From the NCBI GenBank assembly GCA_030390025.1, contig CM059430.1, positions 47,554,001 through 47,618,000 on the forward strand: a DNA stretch of 64,000 nucleotides, in the 5' to 3' direction. Below, one piece after another: positions 36,927 to 47,906 of the stretch (the stretch's first letter is position 1; every line of letters begins with the position of its first letter). The notes under the pieces were generated by a model. The model was not told the origin of the DNA and ran no database searches. It saw nothing but the letters and a program-made list of their open reading frames with translations. Both the position numbers and the translations under genes were made by a program. Source of the DNA: Squalus acanthias (lineage: Eukaryota).

Positions 36927-37205
36927 CCTCAGCTCCAATCACATTTATATTTTATTTTATCCACCCTTTTATTTGTTCCCCCCCACCTTTTTTTTTTCCT
37001 CCTAGAAGCTGGCAGCTGTCCTTCATTCTGCCAGTGGATTTCACACTTCATTCAGCCTTAATCTGTCACATTAACACCACCTCTAGCCTTGCATATCTCT
37101 TAATGTCTCTTAATGTCTCTTCATCTCCCCCTTTGTTCCTTTATCCCCTCCCCCTTTTCCCAGCTTTACCCTGGCCTTAAATCTATTTGATTTCCGGCTC
37201 TTCCC

Positions 37206-37242
37206 AGTTCTGATGAAAGGTCATCGACCTGAAACGTTAACT
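37206..37242 (+). ncRNA. Minimal type I hammerhead ribozyme motif (Penelope family B)
   Basis: AGUU-CUGAUGA-A-AGGUC auc GACCU-GAAA-CG-UU-AACU with palindromic AACGUU. Confidence 0.82.
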
Positions 37243-39335
37243 CTCTTTCTCTCTCCACGGATGCTGCCTGGCCTGCTGAGTTTTTCCAGCGTTTTCTGTT
37301 GTTATTTCTACATAAATGTAAGTTGTTGTTGTCACTAATTAGAATAGTGAAAAAGACTCCAAAAGTTGATCATGTTTTCTCTATCAACATGAAGGGCTAC
37401 ATAAAGCTTTTGTGATAAAAATAGACTTTATTCCAGGTGAGGTGTTACTTCAGAGTAGGATGTGGTATCTGCATTCAAAGATGCTAAGCAGGTTACTCAT
37501 ATCCCCACTAACTGATAAGAAAATGATCAAAGTTAGTGCTACCTGCATCCCTCAGGCTTTCTGGAAAACCATAAGATGTCTAGTCACATCACAACAATGA
37601 TAGCATAGTCTGGGCATACTGTATATATTTTTACATTTAGTATTGACTTCTGTTTGGACGTAAATCAAACTGATTATATCTTGTGAGACAGCACATACTT
37701 TAATAGATTCCTTTTAAGACAAGTAGATGTGATGAAAAACAGTTTTTCTTCAAAAAAAAAGAGTCACCCAAACCCAATAAACATGTATTGTGTACCAGTG
37801 AATAATCTGTCTGAACCACTTTGCCGATTGACACATCAAAGCACTGTCCAGACTATGCTGATGTTTCAAATTTTCATTATGTTTGACAGACCATGCAAAA
37901 GGCGGCGATTAGCTGGCTTCAAGTAAACCTTAGTGATTATAGCGATCTTGCTTCTGAAGGTTTTTCCACCCCCCAAATTGTATAGAGGTAGTCCTTTTGT
38001 TTACAAAGAGCCACGGCAATAAGTCTGCTCTGCAAAGGAAGGCAAGTTCAAATTTGAACTGCACACCTCCTCAAGGCAAATCGATTAGATCCAAGCAGAA
38101 CCACTTCTGTGAGCAGAAGCATGCAAAAAAAATTAATTAAAAAAGTCATAACCTCCTTTTAACTCCAAACCCTAAATTTCTTAAGTGCCAAATAAAGCAT
38201 GAAATTGATTTCATACCCATTTAATTGATCCCATTATTCCTAGGATTAGCGTCAGGCGTAACACTGACTGATTGTCACAGTGTGACTCTAAAGACCTGGG
38301 GTGTGATCTGCTAAACGATAGATAATGAGATGGAGATGGGATGGGATATATTTGAAATTATAGCTAATGGAATGGAGATGGGATAGGAGCTGCCCTTCAT
38401 TTTGCATTCTGGTACAAACCATTCTGGAAAGGAATCATTAACCCCTGCCCCATTGAATAAACATGACCCCTATGGCTAGCAGAATTAATTCCAATATTTA
38501 TATGCTGAAGTACAATTCACTGTTTCATAAATAAGTAAGACAGCAAATTTCAATAATTTTTTAAAAACCAACACATTGCTCAATTGCATTCCCTCACTTC
38601 GCAAATTAAGTCAGCTGAGTTTGTACTACTTGTAATTTTTCCACCACAAAGGCAACACCAGTCCTACAATACCTGCAGGTAAAATATTGATTACTTTCCC
38701 CAGGAAAATGAGAACCATCCTAAACCAAATTAGTTTGAGATTAATAAAACACACTCCTTTCTGAGCCTTTTTTAAACCCAAGAAAAAAGTCTATTAAGGG
38801 CTCTGCACCAAGAACATGGATCAACGCACAAACTGGTATGAATTGAGACACTCACGTCAGAATGTTACGTTAAGAGTGTCAGTTACCAAAACGTACCATT
38901 TTATAAAGAAGTGGTTCACGCTGGATTGAAAGAAATACAATAACCAAAGCATTGCAATGGTTTCTTGACAAGTCAGGTTTCTAAACTGCCATTTTGAATT
39001 TTTCATGAAAACAACTGCACTGTTCCAAAGAGAGCAGTGGAGATCTATAAAACATCCCCTATTTAGGCTGACAGAAAGTTCCACTAACCACTGTATACTC
39101 GTTTCTGAATGTTCATGAGATGCATTGAGTGAAAACATATGTTGCTGTTTTAGATGTCAGATGTTGATCCCATTATATATCGCTTGGTTTTTGTATCTGA
39201 ACTTTGAAAAAAGTTTTGCCATATTCAACACATATTTTACTTTTTTGGGGTTACAAATCGTTTTTCCTAATGCACAATTCTGCATAAGCGCCAACAGATG
39301 CCATTTTCTAAAATATACTGAATTTAATTTTTAAA

Positions 39336-39680
39336 AAGCTTGCATTTATATAGCATCTTATCACATGTCCTCAGCACTTCCCATCAGTATGTAGTTACTG
39401 TTGTTATGTAGACAAACAGCAAGTCCCCACAAACAGGAAATTAATGAACGGCCAGATAATTTGATTTTGGCGGCGTGGATTGAGGGAAAAATGTTGGCCT
39501 GGACACTGGAAGAACTCTCGGCTCTTCTTCAAATAGTACTTTGGGATGATTCACGTCCACCTGAGCAGGCAAACAGGACCTAGAGTTTTAACGTCTCATC
39601 CAAAAGATGGAACCTGCAACAATGCAACGTTCCTTCAGAAGTGCACTGCAATGTCATTTAGATTATGGGCTCAAGTCAGG
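39336..39680 (-). mobile_element. DeuSINE, diverged
   Basis: cttgcatttatatagc tail; cacgtccacctgagcaggc...taacgtctcatccaaaaga. Confidence 0.75.
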
Positions 39681-39890
39681 ATTGGACATATTGGAGATGC
39701 TCCGTTTTAGGAAGGTGGACAAATGGAAAGTGAACAGAACGTGACCTTATACACCTTGCCTAGTACACCTCCCACCGGCCCATTACAGAGTGGCTCTGAG
39801 AAAGGCACCAAAAATATCAAACCTCTCCCAAGTTTCTGTTCTCCTATTGAAGGAGACAGTGCAACAGTGTGATTAGCTACTTGGGGGAGG

Positions 39891-40210
39891 AGAATCACAG
39901 AACACAGAATCCCCACAGTGCAGATAGAGGCCATTTCGGCCCATCAAGCCTGCACCGACACATATCCCACCCTATCCCCGTAACCCCACGTATTTAATCC
40001 CCTAACACTAAGGGTCAATTTATCATAGCCAAATCAACCTAACCCGCACATCTTTGGACTGTGGGAGGAAACCGGAGCACCCGGAGGAAACCCACGCAGA
40101 CACGGGGAGAATGTGCAAACTCCACACAGACAGTCACCCGAGGCCGGATTCGAACCCGGGTCCCTGGCGCTGTGAGGCAACAGTGCTAACCACTATGCCA
40201 CCATGTTGCC
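39891..40210 (-). mobile_element. HE1-like V-SINE
   Basis: Near-identical reverse complement of 1284-1600. Confidence 0.9.
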
Positions 40211-40489
40211 CCATGTTGAGATGGAGAGGGAGAAAAATCAAACCCTGAAGTAAATCTATTGGCATACAAAAACATTTGTTAATGTAAAAATATATTATTT
40301 GCACCAGAAAATCAATTCATAAATACTCCTTCCTTCTTCAGTGTTAATTATGAAGGAATAAAGTTAAATAAAAATCGCTACCTTCCCTGTAGAATCTGTG
40401 CATGGGTACCTCCCCAGACAGCATGGCTGGGATGCAGAACACAAACCAAAATCCTACCACTCCACAGCATAGGATTCTGGTACTCCAAC

Positions 40490-40910
40490 ATCTATCAGGA
40501 AAGACTGAACAGGCTGGGGCTCTTTTCTCTTGCAAAGAGAAGGCTGAGAGGTGATCTAATAGAGGTCTTTAAAATTATGAAGGGGCTTGAAAGGGTAGGC
40601 GTAGAGAAGATATTTCCGCTTGTGGGGAACCCAAAACTAAGGGGCATAAATATAAGATAGTCACTAATAAATCCAAGAAGAAATTCTGGAGAAACTTCTT
40701 TACCCAAAGAATGGTTAGAATGTGGAACTTGCTACCACATGGAGTAGTTGAGATGAATAGCAGAGATACATTTAAGGGGAAGCTAGATAAGTACATGATG
40801 GGGAAAAGTATATGATGAAATAGGGTAGGAGGAGGCTAGTGTGGAAAATAAACACCGGCATAGACTAGTTAAACCGAATGGTCGGTTTCTGTGCTGTAAA
40901 TTCTATGTAA
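40490..40910 (+). mobile_element. CR1 LINE 3' fragment
   Basis: RLRGDLIEVFKIM...FFTQRMVRMWNLLP and 3' tail. Confidence 0.88.
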
Positions 40911-43575
40911 CATGGTGTGCCATCATGTGTTGCCAGAAAGCCGATACCTTTTAATAGCAGCACTTTGAAATTTGCTAGCAATCAGAGGGGAAACGGAGCT
41001 CTGATACCGGATGAATACTTGAAGGAAATAAGTATCACGAGTGCCATAAGTGACATTGTAAAATCAATATTTCGAAGGTCTGATAGTAGCAATGTTTTCC
41101 GGGGATAGATTGTACAAGTTAGCATTCCAGGCACAGAGCTTCATGTGATGAGAGGGCAGATCAAGAATTCACATGCAGAAGACAGTGTGCTACATATGAT
41201 TTTCTGCCCATAATTTTAGTGAATGGAAAATCACGAGGTGTCTTGACCTCTGCACCCTATGTGCTCTTAGCGCATGAAGCTCCAGATTGCAAATCTGTAA
41301 AATCTACACCCAGATTTTCTGATTTAAAATTGCTGTTCAATGCATACAAGGCTGGGACTGCACAGATTCTTACAGTTGGGGCTAGATTAAGGCATCCTGC
41401 AATGCTATCCTCCTATCCCTAAACCAACACTGTTCACCTGAGTTTGACTATACTTAGTGCACACCCTAATCCATTAAATTTCAGCACCATTTTATTGGAC
41501 TGTGGAGCTGTTACTTCAGCTCTCAATAACTTATCAAGACTCGGGGTAGAGGGGGCGAGGGAGGGGGGAGAAAAAAGAGGAAAAACACCAATTCACCTCA
41601 AAGTTACATGGTTCCCTACAAGTAACAGAACAGTATTGAACTACCATATGAATATGATAGTGCACCACATGTAGTGCACCACATGTAGTAAAAAGGGTTA
41701 AACAGTAACGTATTGATACCATGAAATGATCGATCAGTTTAGAATTTTTGGGATTGGGTGCTATGTTTACCTTTCAAAAATAGTTTCTTTCTGCCTCCTG
41801 GCATATCTGAAATGTAATAATCCTATGTGACATATTTATAAAACAGATCTGATGCCACTTGTGCCAGGTGTGAGTTTCAATCAGCTTTTTTCTCAGAACA
41901 TTATATCATATTGTTATTCAAACTTGTTTTTCATTCTTTTTATAATCTCACATTGGAACTAGTGAAAGAACCTGACAGCTGGGTGCACTCTACATACAGG
42001 CAAGCGATGAACATCAGAGTTTAATTACACATTTATTCAGTGCTTTAAGTGTGTCAGATTGTAATGCCAGAATTGGGAAAGATTAATCACGTCCAGTACA
42101 CAGTAGAAAAGTGTTACTAAAATGAACTTTCTGTATTTGTTCATTTTCCACTTTACGTAAGCATTTTCGTCATAGTCATAAGGACTAATTTAATGACAAA
42201 AATTGTTCCCATTTGTACAGGCATGCATCTCAAACGCACGCGAGAAAGAAACAAAACAATTTCAGCTTTTCACATTAGCAGGAGAAGTAAGTATTTCATG
42301 CGTAGTGTGAATCCCAGAATAACAGGCAATGCATTGTTTCGTATGTGCGTAGTCGAAGTTCATTAGTGGGGATATCAAAGTCTAAGAAAGCAGAATATTA
42401 AACGTAACTTTTTTGCACACAGGATCAAAGGGTAAATTTGAATTAATAACATTCTTTTTCTGGCTGCCCAAAGCACTTGGAGAAATTAACTGTCTGAATG
42501 CTGCAGTAACAGTTTGACACTAAAATAGAAACAAACATTCTACAATACAATGCTCTTTAAAATATTTTGCAAATGCTTTTAATTAAAAAAAAAATAGCTT
42601 CTTTGGAGATACTGTTCTCTGCAGCCGCGACCGGGAGTTCCAAAGTTTGTGTTGCTTACCCGGTGCCAGGGTTAAGGACATCTCATCGCGCTGGAGAAGA
42701 ACTTGGAGTGGGAGGGGGAGGATCCAGTTGCCGTGGCCCATGTAGGAACCAACGACACAGGTAGAGCCAAGAATGAGGTTCTGCTGAGGGAGTTTGAGGA
42801 GCTAGGGTCCAAATTAATGCGCAGAACCTCAAAGGTAATAATCGCTGGATTACTACCTGAGCCACATGCAAATTGGCATAGGATCAAACAGATCAGAGAG
42901 CTGAATGCATGGCTCAAAGAGTGGTGTGGGAGACAGGGGTTTTGATTCGTGACGCACTGGCACCAGTACTGAGGAAAGAGGGAGCTGTTCTGTTGGGATG
43001 GGCTCCACTTAAATCAGACTGGGAACATTATCCTGGCAAATCAAATAACTAGGGCTGTAGATGGATCTTTAAACTAAAAAGGGGGAGCGGAGGGAGTGAA
43101 GGGGGTTCAGGTGAGGGGAAATTTATAAATCTAAAGAGAAAAGTCAAGGCCATAGAGCAACGTAGCAATTTGGGTAAAGATAAGCAGAGTGTGACAGGAA
43201 GGGACAGAGAGTTTAACGGTAATAGTGCATAAGTGAATAAAGTCAAATCAGGGAAAAATAGTAAAAAGTTAAAAGTATTAATCAAGAAATAATAGGAGGT
43301 TGTAACAAAGGTAATGCAATAATCATGGGGGACTTTAATCTTCATATAGACAGGAGAAATCAAATTGGCAAAAGTAGTTTGGAGGACGAGTTCATAGAAT
43401 GCATTTGAGGCAGTTTCTTAGAACAATACATCGTGGAACCAACCAGGGAAGAGACTATTTTAGATCTTGTCATGTGTAATGAGACAGGGTTAATTAGGGA
43501 TCCTCTGGGGGAAGAGTGATCATAATGTGACAGAGTTCGAGAGTGACATACTTAAATCCGATATTAGAGTATTAA

Positions 43576-46500
43576 GAACATACGAATATAAGAAATAGGA
43601 GCAGGAGCAGGCCATATGGCCCATCGAGCCTGCTCCGCCATTCAATAAGATCATGGCTGATCATCGACCTCAACTCCAATTTCCCGCCTGATCTCCATAT
43701 CCCTCGATTCTCCTAGAGTCCAAAAATCTCTCTCTCTCAGCCTTGAATATACTCAAAGATGCAGCATTCACAGCCCTCTGAGGCAGAGAATTCCAAAAAA
43801 TTCACAACCTTAAGAAATTCCTCCTCCTCTCGGTCTTAAATGGCCTACCCCTTATCCTGAGACTATGCCCCCCAGTTCTAGACACTCCAGCCAGGGGAAA
43901 CAACCTCTCAGCATCTACCCTGTCAATTCCCTTCAGAATCTTGTATGTTTCAATGAGATCACCTCTCATTCTTCTAAACTCCAGAGACTATAGGCCCATT
44001 CTACACAATCTCTCATCATAGGACAACCCTCTCATCCCAGGAATCAATCTAGTGAACCTTCGTTGCACCGCCTCCAAAGGCAAGCATATCCTTCCTTAGA
44101 TAAGGAGACCAAAACTGTGCACAGTACTCCAGGTGTGGTCTCACCAAGGCCCTGTACAATTGCAGCAAGACTTCCTTACTCTTATACTCCAACCCCCTTG
44201 CAATAAAGGTCAACATGCCATTTGCCTTCCTTATTGCTTGCTGTACCTGCATGCAAGCTTTGTGTTTCTTGCACGAGGACACCCAAATCTCTCTGAACAA
44301 ACATTTAAAAGTTTCTCACCATTTAAAAAATATTCTGTTTTTCTATTCTTCCTACCAAAGTGAATAACCTCACATTTCCCCACATTCTACTCCATTTGCC
44401 ACTTTACTGCCCACTCACTTAGTCTATCTATATCCCTTTTCAGACTCTTTGTGTTCTCCTCACAGCTTACTGTCCCACCTAGCTTTGTATCATCAGCAAA
44501 CTTGGATAAATTACACTCGGTCCCTTCATCTAGGTCATTAATATAGATTGTAAATAGCTGAGGCCCCAGCACTGATCCTTGCAGCACCCCACTAGTTACA
44601 GCCTGCCAACCTGAAAAAGAACCGTTTATCCCTACGCTGTTTTCTGTCCGTTAACCAATCCTCTATCCATGCTACTATATTACCTCCAACCCCATGAGCC
44701 CTTATCTTATGTAATAACCTTTTATGTGGCACCTTATCGAATGCCTTTTGGAAATCCAAATATACTACATCCACTGGTTCCCCTTTATCTACCCTGCTAG
44801 TTACATCCTCAAAAAACTCTAATAGATTTGTCAAACGCGATTTTCCTTTCATAAAACCATGTTGACTCTGCCGAATCCTGTTATGATTTTCTAAGTGCCC
44901 TGATACCATTTCCTTAACAATGGATTCCAGCATTTTCCTGACAACTGACATCAGGCTAACTGGCCTGTAGTTCCACTATTTTCTCTCTCCCTCCTTTCTT
45001 GAATAGCGGTGTTACATTTGTTACCTTCCAAACCACTGGGACCGTTCTAGAATCTAGGGAATTTTGGAAGATAAAAACCAATGCATCCACTATCTCTGCA
45101 GCCACCTCTTTTAGAACCCTAGGATGCAGGCCATCAGGTCCAGGGGATTTGTCGGCTTTCAGTCCTATTAGTTTCTCCAGTACTTTTTCTCTACTTATAT
45201 TAATTACGTTATGTTCCTCACGCTCATTAGACCCTTGGTTCCCCACCATTTTTGGTATGCTTTTTGTGTCTTCTACTGTGAAGACAGATACAAAGGGCCG
45301 GATTTTCCGATCGGAGGCTTTCTGCATGCGGATGCCTCCGATCGGAAAAAATCTACGCACTTACCTGCTGGCTCCATAGGTCCCGAGACTTCCGATCCTG
45401 GGCCTCTTCTGGTCCGCGCGGGCAGAGGCCCAGGTATCCCGGGGCGCAGGCGGTTCACAAGCGTCCCTGGGATCACATGGGCACCAATCAAAGAAGAGAA
45501 TCCCCCTGCACACTTTTGACAGGTCTCTACACATAGATCTGTCAAAAGTATGAATGGGGATCACATTTAAAAACACAGTTAAACATTAAATAAATTTTTT
45601 TTAAATCACGTATTTAAAATTAGTTAAAATTACATTAAATTACATATTTTAAACAAAAATTTAATTTTTTGAAAAAAATAAAGTTTTTTACAGGGCTAAA
45701 AATAAATGTAGCTTTTTTAAAAAAAAAAAAAGTATTTCAAAATTATGAGTGAAATTTAAAAAAAAAATGTTTTTTTTTAAACTCTTATGCTGGTAAAAGC
45801 AGGCCTTACGCCTGCTTTTACCAGGCATACGTTTTTTAAAGGTTTTCAGTGGGCAGAGGTTGTGCAGAAAGCGGATCTCTGCCCACAGAGGCCCTTCTCC
45901 CAGGGATGCGTTGGATCTGTCAAGAAGATTCTTGACAGATCGGAAGTGCCGAGTTTTAGTGCATGCGCTTCGCATGCCTGAAACCGGCACTTGCGAGGTC
46001 CCTACGGGTGCGTACACACCTCGTACGCACCTGCGGGGGGGTCAGAATATCCAGCCCAATATATTTGTTTAACGTTTCTGCCATTTTCTTATTCCCCATA
46101 ATAATTTCTCCTGTCTCAGCCTCTAAGGGACTAGCATTTACTTTTGTTACTCTCTTCCTTTTTACATACTTGTAGAAGCTCCTACAATCTGTTTTATATT
46201 TCTTGCTAGTTTTCTCTCATTCCATTTTTTCTCTTTTTATAAATTTTTTGGTCATCCTTTGCTGGTTTCTGAAAATCTCCCAATCCTCAGGCTTTCTACT
46301 ATTCTTTGCAACGTTATAAGCTTCGTCTTTCAATCTAATGCTATCCTTAACTTTAGTTAGCCACAGATGGATCACTTTTCCTGTGGAGTTTTTGTTTCTC
46401 AATGGAATGTATTTTTGTTGAGAATTATGAAATATTTCTTTAAATGCTAGCCACTGCTTATCTACTGCCATACCTTTTAATCTATTTTTCCAATCTACCT

Positions 46501-47906
46501 TAGCCAACTCGCCCCTCATACCTATGTAATTGGCTTTATTTAAGTTTAAGACTCTAGTTTTGGACTGAGGCGAATCACTCTCAAACGTAATGTGAAATTC
46601 TATCATATTATGATCACTCTGCCCCCAGAGGATCCCTAATTAACCCTGTCTCATTACACAATACAAGATCTAAAATAGCCTGTTCCCTGGTCGGTTCCAT
46701 GACATATTGTTCTAGGAAACTGTCCTGAATGCATTCCATGAACTCGTCCTCCAGATGACCTTTGCCAATTTGATCTATCCAGTCTATATGAAGATTAAAG
46801 TCCCCCACGATTATTGCATTACCTTTGTTGCAAGCTCCTACTATTTCTTGAATATTTCTAAATTTTCCCTCACCTGACCCCTCTGCCCCCCACTTTTTTA
46901 GTTTAAAGCCCCATCTACAGCCCTATTTATTCAATTCGCCAGAACGCTGGTCCCAGCCCGGTTTTAGTGGAGCCCTTTCCCCAGTACCAGTGCCCTATGA
47001 ATTGAAACCCCTTCTTCCCACACCACTCTTTGAGCCATGCATTTAACTCTCTGATCTGCTTGACCCTATGCCAATTTGTGCATGGCTCAGGTAGTAATCC
47101 AGAGATCATTACCCTTGAGGTTGTGCTTATTAATTTAGACCCTAGCTCCTCAAACTCCCTCAGCAGAACCTCATTCTTGGCTCTACCTGTCATTGGTTCC
47201 TACTCCCACTCCAAGTTCTTCTCCAGCCGTGAGGAGATATCCTTAACCCTGGCACCGGGCAGGCAACACAGCCTTCGGGACTCTCTTTCGCAGCTGCAGA
47301 GAACAGTATCTATCCCCGACTATACTGTCCCCTACCACTACCACATTCCTTTCTTCTCCCCCCACTTAGATGGCCCCCTGTACTACGGTGCCGTGGTCAG
47401 TTAGCCCATCCTCCCTGTAGTCCTTTAGCTCATCCATACAGGTAGCAAGTACCTCATACCTGTTGAACAAGGTCAAGGGCTGAGGCTCCTCCATCACTAC
47501 ATCCTGGGTCCCCATACCTGCCTGACTCGCAGTCACACCCTCCTGTCCCTGACCACTGACGAATTCTAAAGTACTACTTAACCTAAAGGGTGTGACTGCC
47601 TCATGGAACAAAGTGTCCAGGTAAATCTCCCTCTCCCGGATACATCTCAATGTCTGCAGCTCGTACTCCAGCTCAACAACTCTGAGCCGAAGTTCCTTGA
47701 GTTGCAGATGCTTACTGTGGATGTGGTTGCTCGGGATCGCGAAGCTCTCCACAAACTCCCACATGCTGCAGTTACGACACACCACCTGTCCTGCCTTCTC
47801 TAACCTTGTTTTATTTATTAGTTAAAGCTTTTATTCAATCGATATTTTAGTTTTACTGTTTGATTATTTTATCTAGTTTAAGTTATTAATTTACTAAGTA
47901 CTAGCA
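43576..47906 (-). mobile_element. Long CR1 copy (ORF1 zinc-finger/zipper and esterase remnants, disrupted ORF2)
   Basis: CRNCSMW...LRLRVVELEYEL at 47785-47366; esterase region; MGDFN; YLDFQKAFDKVPH; FADDTK; tail at 43576; 8-bp TSD agtattaa at 43568-43575 and 47907-47914. Confidence 0.92.
45295..46057. mobile_element. Harbinger-like MITE (763 bp) inserted in CR1
   Basis: TIR gggccggattttc / gaatatccagccc (11 of 13 match). It interrupts gatacaaa|atatttg, which is uninterrupted in the sister CR1 at about 48381-48400, implying about 3 extra bp. Confidence 0.78.

Larger units (their letters stand above)
35075..37307 (+). mobile_element. Penelope-like retroelement (family B), 5'-truncated and young
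   Basis: 11-bp TSD ctacataaatg at 35064-35074 and 37308-37318; intact RT-EN frame; hammerhead in the 3' UTR. Confidence 0.95.
31480..37331 (+). mobile_element. L2 LINE interrupted by nested insertions (L2 parts about 31480-32381, 33651-34202, 34633-35074, 37308-37331)
   Basis: L2 sequence resumes across each insert, for example gtcgcctcccagat|cgtgcccatctttccc and tail aaaggcgctacataaatg|taagttgttgttg. QSGFR and GVPQGSIL-like motifs are present. Confidence 0.85.

Noticed and set aside
35175-37005. Many antisense and alternate-frame ORFs over the Penelope and CR1 copies
   Set aside because: These are shadow frames of retroelement coding sequence caused by C-rich, stop-poor composition.
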